Shown here: positions 20,401 to 31,861 of the stretch, piece by piece
Position numbering within the stretch: position 1 is the stretch's first letter
Layout of the letters: each line of letters begins with the position of its first letter
NCBI GenBank assembly: GCA_045611705.1
Contig: JAZKXR010000007.1
Coordinates: forward strand, 248,662-312,661
Direction of reading: 5' to 3'
Source: Alphaproteobacteria bacterium
GTDB lineage: Bacteria > Pseudomonadota > Alphaproteobacteria > CAAHEQ01 > UBA3637
DNA: 64,000 bases
The notes under the pieces: model-generated
The model's database searches: none
The model's input: the letters and a program-made list of their open reading frames with translations, nothing else
Told to the model about the DNA's origin: nothing
Program-made: the position numbers and the translations under genes

Positions 20401-20885
20401 TAGGAACGGGCTCCTCTTCCTCTTACAGGAGAGGCTGTTTCCATAATAATTTCCTCAGCATCTGTTATATGAACACCTGAGTTACGAGGAATAGAAAATT
20501 CCTTCTTCGGCATTGGTTTACCTTCAAATTTCAAACCCTTTTCACTATGTTCAACCAAAACAACCCCTGGTGCAATAGAATATGGAGTTGCTCGTGGCCC
20601 AATCGTAACTGAATTATCACCGGTTTGATGTTCACAAACACTTCTACCTGTATGCCTGTTTTTTATATAATCCAAAACATAGTCTTTATTAACAGAGGTA
20701 ACCCCCAAAGGAAGCATGATAGTTTGTGTCATCATCCCTTCTGATGCATTTACAATGACCGTTCCCAATGTGTTTCTTGTGGTTGCCTGTCCTCTGTGGC
20801 GAATAGCACGTCCACCCAATTGAATGTATAAATCATCGTGTTTAACCGCTGTCATACCATTTTTAAATATTTTATTAAGAGCCAT
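20400..20885 (-). CDS. Hypothetical protein (161 aa)
   Basis: ORF preceded by the conserved leader A ending in RBS AAAGGAAAATAAA-ATG. No recognisable domain. Confidence 0.55.
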   Translation of the reverse strand: MALNKIFKNGMTAVKHDDLYIQLGGRAIRHRGQATTRNTLGTVIVNASEGMMTQTIMLPLGVTSVNKDYVLDYIKNRHTGRSVCEHQTGDNSVTIGPRATPYSIAPGVVLVEHSEKGLKFEGKPMPKKEFSIPRNSGVHITDAEEIIMETASPVRGRGARS

Positions 20886-21120
20886 TTTATTTTCCTTTCA
20901 GTTATAAAAAAACACCGATGGGGTTATCCCATTGGTGGTGGTTATCAAAAATTTTGTAAAATTACAGATTAGCTTTCTTGGCAATACCCCCCCCTCACGC
21001 ACAAAAAATCCTTATTTTTCAAAGGCTTATTTTGTGATATTGAAGTTGTATAGTATTGCATTTTTATCCTTTCACGTACCCACTTTTGCATATTTTTGAG
21101 GGTATGTCAAGTAATTTTTT
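20886..21120 (-). promoter_or_regulatory. Leader/sRNA-like element copy A (~235 nt): TTGACA box, conserved blocks, G8 tract, terminator hairpin plus U7, then RBS
   Basis: About 80% identical to 23601-23860. The 3' 50 nt are identical and include CACCAAUGGG-AUAA-CCCAUCGGUG followed by UUUUUUU, then AAAGGAAAAUAAAAUGGC. Contains a G8 run (C8 on the plus strand near 20984-20991). Confidence 0.55.
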
Positions 21121-21206
21121 ATTTTTTTGTCATCCTGAGTGGGTGTAGCCCCGAAGTATCCCATGGATTCTTCACCTATAAAGGGTTCCAAATGAGATAA
21201 AAGCTC

Positions 21207-21235
21207 TTGACTTTTTGGGGTTGTTCGGTTAGAAT
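21207..21235 (+). promoter_or_regulatory. Sigma70 promoter R2 (TTGACT-17-TAGAAT) for ettA
   Basis: -35 at 21207-21212, 17-nt spacer, -10 TAGAAT at 21230-21235, about 35 nt before ATG 21271. Duplicate of the R1 module. Confidence 0.55.
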
Positions 21236-21270
21236 AACCCCAATTTTTAATTTAAAGAAAGGATTTCAAT

Positions 21271-22947
21271 ATGGCATCATATCAATATATTTATGTAATG
21301 AAAGATTTATGTAAAACTTTCCCCGGCGGAAAAGAAGTTTTAAAGCATATTTGGCTGAGCTTTTTCCCCGGAGCTAAAATCGGCGTTATCGGTCCAAACG
21401 GTGCCGGTAAATCCACATTGATGAAGATTATGGCGGGCTTGGATGACAACTTTACAGGTGAAGCTTGGCCGGCCGAAGGTGTCAAAGTTGGCTATTTACC
21501 CCAAGAACCGCAACTGGATGCTTCCAAAAACGTGATTGAAAACATCATGGACGGCGTTGGCGAAGTCAGGGATTTGATGAAACGTTGGGAAGAAGTCAAC
21601 AATGCCTTTGCCGATCCCGATGCCGATATGGATAAACTGTTGGCCGAACAGGCTGAATTACAGGAAAAAATTGATGCCGTGGGTGGTTGGGATTTTGAAC
21701 GAAACGTAGAAATCGCCATGGATGCTTTGCGTTGTCCGCCGGCCGATGCCGATGTCACAAAGTTATCCGGTGGTGAAAAACGCCGTGTGGCCTTATGTCG
21801 TTTGTTGTTATCCAAACCTGATATGTTATTATTGGATGAACCGACCAACCATTTGGATGCCGAATCCGTTGCTTGGTTGCAGGTCTTTTTAAAGAACTTC
21901 CCAAATACCGTTGTGATGATTACACACGACCGTTATTTCTTGGATAATGTGACAGGGTGGATTTTGGAAATGGATCGTGGCGAAGGTATTCCATACGAAG
22001 GCAACTATACCAAATGGTTGGAAGCCAAAGAAAAACGTTTGCAAATTGAAAAGAATGCCGAAGATAAACGCCAAAAAACATTGAAAGAAGAATTGGAATG
22101 GGTGCGTTCCAGTCCCAAAGCACGCCAAGCAAAATCAAAGGCTCGTATCACGGCATATGAAGAATTATTGAAAAAATCAAATGAAAAAGTCCCCGATATT
22201 GCCCAGATTGTCATTCCGGCCGGTCCACGCTTGGGTGATTTGGTTTTGAAGGCAGAAGGCCTGAGCAAAGCCTTTGGCGACAAATTGTTATTTGAAGATT
22301 TAAGTTTCAACCTGCCCGCCGGTGGTATCGTGGGCGTTATTGGTCCCAATGGTGCCGGTAAAACAACTTTGATGCGTATCATTACAGGTCAAGAAACACC
22401 TGATTCAGGCACTTTCCGTGTGGGTGAAACGGTAAAACTCGGCTATGTGGATCAAAGCCGTGATTCCTTAAACGACAACAATACCGTATGGCAGGAAATT
22501 TCCGATGGTAACGACATGCTGACTTTGGGCAAGCGTGAAGTTTCCAGTCGTGCCTATGTGGCTCAATTTAACTTTAAAGGCGGAGATCAACAAAAGAAAA
22601 TCGGCATGTTGTCCGGTGGTGAACGCAACCGTGTCCACATGGCCAAAATGTTAAAATCAGGTGCCAATGTCTTATTATTGGACGAACCGACAAACGATTT
22701 GGATGTTGATACCTTGCGTGCATTGGAAGAAGCCCTGATGGACTTCCCAGGATGTGCGGTTATTACATCACACGACCGTTGGTTTTTGGACAGATTGGCA
22801 ACACATATTTTGGCCTTTGAAGGCGACAGTAAAGTCGTTTGGTTTGAAGGCAACTATGCCGAATATGAAGCCGATCGCAAACGCCGTTTGGGTATTGATG
22901 CCGATACACCACATCGCATTAAATACAAGCCGATAGAGAGGAAGTAA
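21271..22947 (+). CDS. ettA: ABC-F family ATPase EttA (energy-dependent translational throttle)
   Basis: 558 aa with two ABC domains. The N-terminus ([51 protein letters not shown]) is collinear with EttA/YjjK. Confidence 0.9.
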   Translation: MASYQYIYVMKDLCKTFPGGKEVLKHIWLSFFPGAKIGVIGPNGAGKSTLMKIMAGLDDNFTGEAWPAEGVKVGYLPQEPQLDASKNVIENIMDGVGEVRDLMKRWEEVNNAFADPDADMDKLLAEQAELQEKIDAVGGWDFERNVEIAMDALRCPPADADVTKLSGGEKRRVALCRLLLSKPDMLLLDEPTNHLDAESVAWLQVFLKNFPNTVVMITHDRYFLDNVTGWILEMDRGEGIPYEGNYTKWLEAKEKRLQIEKNAEDKRQKTLKEELEWVRSSPKARQAKSKARITAYEELLKKSNEKVPDIAQIVIPAGPRLGDLVLKAEGLSKAFGDKLLFEDLSFNLPAGGIVGVIGPNGAGKTTLMRIITGQETPDSGTFRVGETVKLGYVDQSRDSLNDNNTVWQEISDGNDMLTLGKREVSSRAYVAQFNFKGGDQQKKIGMLSGGERNRVHMAKMLKSGANVLLLDEPTNDLDVDTLRALEEALMDFPGCAVITSHDRWFLDRLATHILAFEGDSKVVWFEGNYAEYEADRKRRLGIDADTPHRIKYKPIERK

Positions 22948-22949
22948 TA

Positions 22950-23600
22950 TTATACGTCCATATCTGGTCCACCTTTTAATTTATTTAAAATCATAGCACG
23001 ATCAATAGGAGATGAGCTACGACGCGGGACAAGCGCTTTTTCAGAATGAAACTTATCTAATATATCTAGTTTTTCTTCTCTTGAATTTGCTTTTAAAATC
23101 GCTTTTAATGTGGATTGACGAGCTTCTTTATCAACTTCTTTTTGATATTTTAATCCTTCCGTTTTACCGCCAGTTTCATCGCTTATACCAACAAAACGGC
23201 CTTTTTTAAAAACTGTGTAACGATCAGAAATATAACCATCTTTTTCATAAAAACGTATAACCCCATCTTTATAACCGTTTTTATAATTCCCCTCTTCTGT
23301 CAGGTATCTAAATACAGTCTTTCCATCAGGGGTTGTTCCTATTTTTACTTGGTGCTTTTGTAATTTATGATTTGTTGCAGCATACCCAAACTCCTGATAT
23401 TTCCCTTGAGCTCTCCCCTTCCCATCTACCATATATTTTCCTGTTAAAGAATTCTCAAAAGAACAATTGGCCCTTTCTGCGTAGCGATGATCATTTGTTA
23501 AAAGAGATGTTCCATCAGACATTGGCACATGATACACAGTAGACACCTTGGACTTTTCAGCCAATTCTTCCTTTTTTCTTAAAAAATCAAAAATTGCCAT
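22950..23600 (-). CDS. Hypothetical protein with MORN-like Gly/Tyr-rich repeats (216 aa)
   Basis: Repeats such as GKYMVDGKGRAQGKYQEFGY and GYKDGVIRFYEKDGYISDRY. Preceded by leader copy B with an identical RBS and start context. Confidence 0.55.
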   Translation of the reverse strand: MAIFDFLRKKEELAEKSKVSTVYHVPMSDGTSLLTNDHRYAERANCSFENSLTGKYMVDGKGRAQGKYQEFGYAATNHKLQKHQVKIGTTPDGKTVFRYLTEEGNYKNGYKDGVIRFYEKDGYISDRYTVFKKGRFVGISDETGGKTEGLKYQKEVDKEARQSTLKAILKANSREEKLDILDKFHSEKALVPRRSSSPIDRAMILNKLKGGPDMDV

Positions 23601-23860
23601 TTTATTTTCCTTTCAGTTATAAAAAAACACCGATGGGATGAACCCATTGGTGATGGTCGTTAAAAATTTTGTTAAGTTATGGATTATTTTTTCTAGGCAA
23701 TACCCCCCCCCACATTCGTAAAAAGTCCTTGTTTTTCAAAGACTTATTTTTATGAGTTGAAGTGGTATAATGTTTCATTTTTATCCTTTTATACCACGAC
23801 TTTTGCATATTTTACGGGGAATGTCAAGAACTTTTTTAAGTAAACTAAAAGCCCCGATTT
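23601..23860 (-). promoter_or_regulatory. Leader/sRNA-like element copy B (~245 nt) with G9 tract and terminator hairpin before the RBS
   Basis: Paralogue of 20886-21120. TTGACA near 23822-23827 (minus strand), a G9 run (C9 on plus near 23703-23711), and the same terminator/RBS 3' end. Confidence 0.55.
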
Positions 23861-23874
23861 TCGGGGCTTTTTAT

Positions 23875-24297
23875 TTATCTTTGAGATTGTTGTTGAACAA
23901 CTTTTGCATTTGATACCGTTTTTTGCACTGGTCTTGATTGTTGGGCCAAATTTATATCCGCACCACGATTAAAACCTTTTGCTAAATCCGCCTTTAAGTG
24001 ACCATGAACATTGTTTTTTTGTTGTGTTTTTGTTTGGCTATGCTCAATTGATTTTCCCCTCATTTTATCATACAGTTTTTTGCCATATTTAATCGCCAAA
24101 GGCGTTAAACCCAATGCAACCAACCCCAAACCGCCAACACCGGCAAGAGGAGCTACAATAGCCCCAATCTGAGCCGCATCAGCCAAAAATTCAGTTGCTG
24201 CCGGGGCAGAAGCGGCATGCATCGCAACACCACCGGCCGCTGCAATTGCAGTTCCCCCGGCCACCATACAGGCATTTTTAAAATCTTTTTTATCCAT
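23875..24297 (-). CDS. Hypothetical Gly/Ala-rich protein (140 aa), probably membrane-associated
   Basis: Gly/Ala-rich hydrophobic stretches (AGGTAIAAAGGVAMHAASAPAA...LAGVGGLGLVALGL). Followed by a hairpin terminator at about 23847-23872. Confidence 0.5.
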   Translation of the reverse strand: MDKKDFKNACMVAGGTAIAAAGGVAMHAASAPAATEFLADAAQIGAIVAPLAGVGGLGLVALGLTPLAIKYGKKLYDKMRGKSIEHSQTKTQQKNNVHGHLKADLAKGFNRGADINLAQQSRPVQKTVSNAKVVQQQSQR

Positions 24298-24307
24298 TTG
24301 ATATCCT

Positions 24308-25228
24308 TTAAAAACTAAATCTTAAACCCGCTGATATTGAATGAGATGTTAAATCTTTAACTTCGGTTTTGTCTGTTCTATGAGCACCAGCAGGTTTGAT
24401 AGTCGGATCCCAACCATCAAAGTATTGTAGTTTTACCTTGCCATAATGGGTATAACGATAACCAAAGTCCACGTTTGTATTACGATTTAAGGCATAGGAA
24501 ATACCAGCCCCAATTTGCCATGCAAAATTGATATTGTTATGGTTTTCTGTATACGGATCACAATCGTCTATATCCACATTTTTAATTTCACCCTTCACAT
24601 GTGCCAGACCTACACCAGCACCAATAAAAGGCGTCAATTGTGTTCCGGTTGGGATATCATAATAAAGATTGAATAAGAGCGTTCTGGCTGTTACATAACC
24701 TTTTGTTGAATTAAAATCATTATTTGTTGGCGTAAAATCCAAATCCGATTCAGCATCAGTATATAAAGATCCTTCCAATTCACCACGCCATGAATTTAAT
24801 TTCACACCGAAGGCCAAAGCTCCTGAAAAAGCCTCACCTTCAAAATCTTTGTTCCATGTTCGATGGCCGATACCACGAATATGATCCTTATATTCACCTT
24901 CTCCTTCCATCATATTCACACCCACACGGGCGGCAATATACGGCACAGGGCGGGCACCTGTGTATTCATGATGAGAACGATACGGTGTCGGCGTTTGATA
25001 ACTGGGTGCAATAACAGGTTGCGAATAAACAACGGGTGCCGCAGTATCCACATAACCATAAGCATATCTGGATGATTGTGCGGGTATCGTACACGATCCT
25101 GTTGAACAATTACAAACTGCCCCAGTTACACAACGACCGGCACAGGCACAATACCCCGCCTCAGCCGTTGACACGCCAAAAACAGCCGTCAAACAAAAAA
25201 CAGTTGAAAACAAAAGACTTTTCTTCAT
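24308..25228 (-). CDS. Outer-membrane beta-barrel protein (Omp25/Omp31/OmpA-like) with Cys-rich N-terminal segment
   Basis: Signal peptide MKKSLLFSTVFCLTAVFGVSTAEA from ATG 25228. Alternating amphipathic beta-strand pattern and C-terminal ...GLRFSF. Cys cluster CACAGRCVTGAVCNCSTGSC after the signal. Confidence 0.7.
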   Translation of the reverse strand: MKKSLLFSTVFCLTAVFGVSTAEAGYCACAGRCVTGAVCNCSTGSCTIPAQSSRYAYGYVDTAAPVVYSQPVIAPSYQTPTPYRSHHEYTGARPVPYIAARVGVNMMEGEGEYKDHIRGIGHRTWNKDFEGEAFSGALAFGVKLNSWRGELEGSLYTDAESDLDFTPTNNDFNSTKGYVTARTLLFNLYYDIPTGTQLTPFIGAGVGLAHVKGEIKNVDIDDCDPYTENHNNINFAWQIGAGISYALNRNTNVDFGYRYTHYGKVKLQYFDGWDPTIKPAGAHRTDKTEVKDLTSHSISAGLRFSF

Positions 25229-25327
25229 CCTAATCCCCTTTCGTATGGGCATTTCCCCTTTTAATAGCATCAGTTTAAACAATAAAAAAATGAATTGCAA
25301 GCACTTTTTTTGTTTTCTTAACTTTTT

Positions 25328-26077
25328 TTATCGCATTCTTAAACGATTGACCAAAATATTTTTTTTGACACCATCAAATAAAAGCGTTTGTGTTTTATGG
25401 GTCGCCTGACGAACAACAGCTCTTGAAATATGATCTATAGCCAATTTTGAATCGCATTCAATACGTGCCGGTCTTTTTTGATTTTGACGTGAAGCAACCG
25501 CTACAACCGTATCCGCCGGAACAACTGCAGAAAAAGGCTCGGCCGAGTTATTGCTGTGAATTGCCAACATATTTTGACCTTTTGGCATTTGAGGACCACC
25601 CGCTGATTTTAAATAAGCATTAGCCCCCATCGGCGTGGCAATCATAGCACCATCGCCAAATATATTATATCGTGAATCATTGATTAAAAGATCTAAATCC
25701 AACGCTTGCATGGACGGACCACGAAAGAACGAAACCTCATTAAAGGCATAAGCTTTTACCCTTTGACCAGAGCTCGCCAAAGTCGTTTCCACCTGTAACG
25801 GCGGAACCATTATTTTTTCAGCACGTGAAATTCTTTCGGGTAAATGCCGCCAATCTTTATCATTAGTTAAATAACCAACCTTGCCGTAATTTAATGCAAA
25901 AATAGGAATAGACGTATCTTTTTTAACCTGATCATGCAAATCATCCAAAACAGAACCGTCACCACCCAGAACAACGTGAACATCCGAATTAAACCAATCA
26001 GCCTGACCATATTTGGATATACAGGATTCAAAATCATTTTTAGCATTTTCTTTTTGACAAATAAAATGTATTTTCAA
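25328..26077 (-). CDS. nadK: NAD+ kinase
   Basis: GGDGS motif (VVLGGDGSVL) and NadK C-terminal region (NDSRYNIFGDGAMIATPMGANAY). Likely TTG start at 26077 (MKIHFIC...) with AAGGAG 6 nt upstream. The ORF-track form extends to 26152 and would overlap the atp promoter. Confidence 0.7.
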   Translation of the reverse strand: MKIHFICQKENAKNDFESCISKYGQADWFNSDVHVVLGGDGSVLDDLHDQVKKDTSIPIFALNYGKVGYLTNDKDWRHLPERISRAEKIMVPPLQVETTLASSGQRVKAYAFNEVSFFRGPSMQALDLDLLINDSRYNIFGDGAMIATPMGANAYLKSAGGPQMPKGQNMLAIHSNNSAEPFSAVVPADTVVAVASRQNQKRPARIECDSKLAIDHISRAVVRQATHKTQTLLFDGVKKNILVNRLRMR

Positions 26078-26145
26078 GCATGACTCCTTGGCTGATATAA
26101 TTATACACCCGAAAGTCTTTTTTGTCAAATTTCGTATTTTTTTGC

Positions 26146-27976
<1,831 letters not shown>

Positions 27977-27990
<14 letters not shown>

Positions 27991-28291
27991 AAAACAACTG
28001 AACAAGACCGCCAAACAATTGATTAAAAAGGCCGATAACCGTCAAAAAAGAGGTCAAATCAAAATAACCTATAATGCTGGAATTATCAGCATTTACGGAT
28101 GGCAAGTAGCCGTTCCCGTCATCTTGTGTTTGCTTTTGGGGCGTTTATTGGATCGTTTATATCCGACAGAGCAAATATCATGGACTTTAAACCTGATTAT
28201 CATCGGTTTTATTTTGGGCTTTATCAACGCCAACATTTGGTTAAAAAAATCTTATCAAGTTAAGAAAGGAAGTAAAAATGGAAAATTTTAA
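27977..28291 (+). CDS. atpQ: N-ATPase accessory membrane protein AtpQ (AtpI/AtpZ-like)
   Basis: 104 aa with two predicted TM helices. Its position between epsilon and AtpR is diagnostic of N-ATPase operons. Confidence 0.65.
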
Positions 28292-28571
28292 ACTTCCGAT
28301 AGATATGGTTTTGGAATCTTTGTTGTGCGGTGTTCTGCTCAGCTTGGTTTATTTTTCTTTGCTGTGGTATTCATTAAAAGTATTACCCAACATGAAACGC
28401 AAAGGGCTATTTTTATTCGTTACATCCCTTATTCGACTGGTTATTTTTTTGGTGGTTGCCATTTTATTGGCAAAGGACGGACACATGAAGCTGATATGGA
28501 TGTTTTTAGCCTTTATCGTTACACGTTTATGCTTGGTCAAATTTTTAAAAAACAGGGGGCAACATGCTTGA
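28278..28571 (+). CDS. atpR: N-ATPase accessory membrane protein AtpR
   Basis: 97 aa with three hydrophobic helices. Immediately upstream of the a-subunit. Confidence 0.65.
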   Translation: MENFKLPIDMVLESLLCGVLLSLVYFSLLWYSLKVLPNMKRKGLFLFVTSLIRLVIFLVVAILLAKDGHMKLIWMFLAFIVTRLCLVKFLKNRGQHA

Positions 28572-29262
28572 AAATTTAGACCAAATAATTGTTTTTAGAT
28601 TGGGTCCAATTTCCATAAATGCCACCATTTTTTATACGTGGATTGTGATGGGGATTTTGGTTGGACTTTCCGTTTTTATGACACGAAATTTAAAAGTACA
28701 CGGCCAAATCGGAAAGGTTCAGATTATCATGGAAATGCTGGTTCAGGCTATTCAAGGACAAATTAAAGACGTATCCGGCGATAATCCAAAAAAATATCTG
28801 TCTATTATCGGAACATTTTTCTTGTTTATCGCCATGGCTAATCTTCTCAGCATTATCCCTTGGTTCAAAGTTCCAACGACCAGCTTGACCACAACGGTTG
28901 CATTTGCCTCATGCGTCTTTTTTGCCATTCCTTATTATGGAGTTAAAAATGCCGGTTGGAAAGGATATTTTAAAAAATTTATTGAACCGACACCGGTGAT
29001 GTTACCCATGAATATTATCAGCGATTTTTCATCCACATTTTCTTTGGCTTTTCGTTTATACGGAAATATGCTCAGCGGTGCCGTTATCGGATCCGTTTTA
29101 ATCATGTTGGTTCCTTTTATTGTTCCCCTGCCCATGCAATTATTGGGATTATTAACCGGAACGATTCAGGCTTACATATTTGCACTCTTGGCGATTGTAT
29201 ATGTATCGGCGGTCGCCCCAAAAGAGTCATTTGTTCAATCAACCGATACAAAAGGAGAATAA
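28564..29262 (+). CDS. atpB: N-type ATPase a subunit
   Basis: 232 aa. Conserved Arg in the penultimate helix (AFRLYGNMLSG) and multiple TM helices. Confidence 0.85.
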   Translation: MLENLDQIIVFRLGPISINATIFYTWIVMGILVGLSVFMTRNLKVHGQIGKVQIIMEMLVQAIQGQIKDVSGDNPKKYLSIIGTFFLFIAMANLLSIIPWFKVPTTSLTTTVAFASCVFFAIPYYGVKNAGWKGYFKKFIEPTPVMLPMNIISDFSSTFSLAFRLYGNMLSGAVIGSVLIMLVPFIVPLPMQLLGLLTGTIQAYIFALLAIVYVSAVAPKESFVQSTDTKGE

Positions 29263-29265
29263 AAA

Positions 29266-29547
29266 ATGGAAGCAATTACTTTAATCGGTGCAATGTCAAT
29301 TATTTCGGCTGCTTTATGTATCGCCATCGGCGGTGTTGGACCGGCCATTGGTGAAGCAAATGCGGCAGCAAATGCCCTGCGTTCCATGGCACAACAACCG
29401 GATGAATCTTCCACCATTACACGTACCTTGTTCGTTTCAATGGCCATGATTGAATCCACCGCCATTTATGCGTTCGTGATTACCATTTTAATTTTATACG
29501 CCAATCCGTTTTGGAATTATGTCGTTGAACAGGCCGCCACCAAATAA
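29266..29547 (+). CDS. atpE: N-type ATPase c subunit (Na+-binding type)
   Basis: 93 aa collinear with the Ilyobacter tartaricus c-subunit. Ligands present: E in helix 1 (AIGEANAA, equivalent to Q32), then ESTAIY (E65, S66, T67, Y70 equivalents) and LILYANPF. Confidence 0.85.
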   Translation: MEAITLIGAMSIISAALCIAIGGVGPAIGEANAAANALRSMAQQPDESSTITRTLFVSMAMIESTAIYAFVITILILYANPFWNYVVEQAATK

Positions 29548-29561
29548 AAGGATAAAAAATC

Positions 29562-30326
29562 ATGCAAATTGATTGGATTACCTTTGTTGCCCAGATTGTC
29601 AATCTGTTCGTATTGGTTTGGTTGTTAAAACGTTTTTTATACAAACCGGTTTTGGATGTTGTTGAAAAACGCCGCAACGAAATCAACGAAAAAATTGATT
29701 CAGCAACCGCTTTGCAACGTCAGGCTGAATCGGAATTTCAAGCTTTAAAATCCGAAAAAGCAACTTTTGAAAAATCATTACAAAAACAACGCAATGATTT
29801 AGCAAAAGAATTAACCCAACAACGCAAAGAAGGTTTGGAAAACATCAAACAAGAGGCAAGCCAATTAAAGTTGCAATTGCATGAGCAAATTAAAACCCAA
29901 AACGAAAACTTAAAATCGGAATTGGAAAACTTTATCAGTCATGATTTTTTGAATGTTGCCGGCAAAATCATCACAGATTTAACAGATGCAACCCCCATTG
30001 AACGAGTATTAAATCTGTTTTATAAAAGATTGATAACTCTGACAAAATCAGAAAAAACAAAAATAGATAAAATAATTAAAAATCAAAAAGTTATTTTTGT
30101 TAATTCATCTGAAGCTTTATCAGAAAACCACAAACAGGACATGAACCGTTTTTTACGTGATTATTTTGAAATTTCCCCAAAAACACAAATCAGATATCAC
30201 ACTGAATCAACTTTGGTATTGGGGATAGAAATCCGCTTTGCCGACAATAGTATTGATTGGACGATTAAAAATTATCTGGACGAACTGGAACAAGGTTTGG
30301 AACAGGTTCTAAAACATAAAAAATAG
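29562..30326 (+). CDS. atpF: N-type ATPase b subunit (long form; no delta gene in operon)
   Basis: 254 aa with an N-terminal TM helix and a long charged helical region. Sits between c and alpha. Confidence 0.75.
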   Translation: MQIDWITFVAQIVNLFVLVWLLKRFLYKPVLDVVEKRRNEINEKIDSATALQRQAESEFQALKSEKATFEKSLQKQRNDLAKELTQQRKEGLENIKQEASQLKLQLHEQIKTQNENLKSELENFISHDFLNVAGKIITDLTDATPIERVLNLFYKRLITLTKSEKTKIDKIIKNQKVIFVNSSEALSENHKQDMNRFLRDYFEISPKTQIRYHTESTLVLGIEIRFADNSIDWTIKNYLDELEQGLEQVLKHKK

Positions 30327-30334
30327 GAGAAAAG

Positions 30335-31861
30335 ATGTCAAACTCAGTTGCCACAAAAGCACGGAAAAATGCCGAAAAGGTTTTGAAAAAATCTGATTTT
30401 CAGTTACGTGTCAAAGAAATAAACACCATTGAATCAATGTCGGCAGGAACAGCCATTGTTTCAGGTTTGACTCACGCCAAAATCAACGAGCTTTTAAGTT
30501 TTAAAAACGGCGTTATCGGTATGGTTCACAGTTTGTCCGATAAAGGTGCCGGGGTTATCTTTTTAACCAATGCTGATAGCTTAAAGGCTGGCGACAGAGC
30601 CTCTCAAACAAATCAAGTTTTGGATGTTCCTGTGGGTAATGAATTATTGGGACGTGTTATCAATCCTTTGGGGCAACCATTGGATGATAAAGGTATAATC
30701 AGTGCGAAACAAAGCCTGCCTATTGAACGGGACGCTCCATCCATTATGGCACGATTGCCCGTTGATACACCTTTACAAACCGGTATCAAGGCCATTGATT
30801 GCTTTACCCCCATTGGTCGTGGTCAGCGTGAATTGATTTTGGGCGATCGTCAAACAGGTAAAACAGCCATTGCCGTTGATACAATTTTGAATCAAAAAGA
30901 TTCAGGTGTTATTTGTATTTACTGTGCCATCGGACAACGACTTTCCGATACTGCCCGCGTCATCAATACCTTAAACAAATATGATATGATGAAAAATTGC
31001 GTGGTTGTAATTGCCAGCGGTGAAGACGAAGCAGGATTACAATATATTGCGCCCTATTCTGCCACATCTATCGGTGAATATTTCATGAGTAAAGGTAAAG
31101 ATGTTTTGGTTGTTTATGATGATTTAACAGCCCACGCCCGAGCCTATCGTCAAATGTCATTATTGTTGCGTACTCCACCAGGACGTGAAGCTTATCCGGG
31201 TGATATTTTTTATTTGCATTCACGTTTATTGGAACGTGCCACACATTTGCGCCCCAAATTCGGTGGCGGTTCTTTAACAGCTTTACCAATTGTATCCACA
31301 GAGGCCGGCAACATATCCGCCTATATTCCCACAAATGTGATTTCAATTACTGATGGACAAATCTATCTGTCCAACAGTTTGTATCAAAAAGGTCATATGC
31401 CGGCCATTGACACGGGGCGTTCTGTTTCCCGTGTGGGCAGTGCTGCCCAATTACCGGCTTATCGTTCTTTGGTAGCACCATTGAAACTGTTTTATTCCCA
31501 ATTTGAGGAGTTGGAATCTTTTTCAAAATTCGGTGTTCAAATGGAAGGCGATACCTTAGCACGATTAAAACGAGGTCGGACCATCCGAAACGTTTTACAA
31601 CAACGCCAATATCAATTAATGGATGCACCTTCTCAAATCGGTGTCTTTTTAGCCTTAAACAACGGTTTATTGGATAATGTTGAAGAAAGCAAAATTTCCC
31701 AAGCCCAAGATGTTATTCAACAAGTGTTAAGAAATAACTTTACTCATCTTTTAAAACAATGGACAGAAAAAAGGGAAAAATTGTCCGAAAAAGATAAAGA
31801 CACTTTGATTAAAACATTCCAACAGGCTTTGATTAAAAAAGGAATTATTAGCACAAAATGA
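30335..31861 (+). CDS. atpA: N-type ATPase alpha subunit
   Basis: 508 aa with Walker A GDRQTGKT and F1-alpha conserved blocks. Confidence 0.9.
   Translation: MSNSVATKARKNAEKVLKKSDFQLRVKEINTIESMSAGTAIVSGLTHAKINELLSFKNGVIGMVHSLSDKGAGVIFLTNADSLKAGDRASQTNQVLDVPVGNELLGRVINPLGQPLDDKGIISAKQSLPIERDAPSIMARLPVDTPLQTGIKAIDCFTPIGRGQRELILGDRQTGKTAIAVDTILNQKDSGVICIYCAIGQRLSDTARVINTLNKYDMMKNCVVVIASGEDEAGLQYIAPYSATSIGEYFMSKGKDVLVVYDDLTAHARAYRQMSLLLRTPPGREAYPGDIFYLHSRLLERATHLRPKFGGGSLTALPIVSTEAGNISAYIPTNVISITDGQIYLSNSLYQKGHMPAIDTGRSVSRVGSAAQLPAYRSLVAPLKLFYSQFEELESFSKFGVQMEGDTLARLKRGRTIRNVLQQRQYQLMDAPSQIGVFLALNNGLLDNVEESKISQAQDVIQQVLRNNFTHLLKQWTEKREKLSEKDKDTLIKTFQQALIKKGIISTK

Noticed and set aside
21121-21200. 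30-aa mini-ORF (MGYFGATPTQDDKK...) in the GC-rich spacer between leader A and promoter R2
   Set aside because: No RBS. It overlaps the TTGACA box of leader A and is absent from the paralogous copy B.
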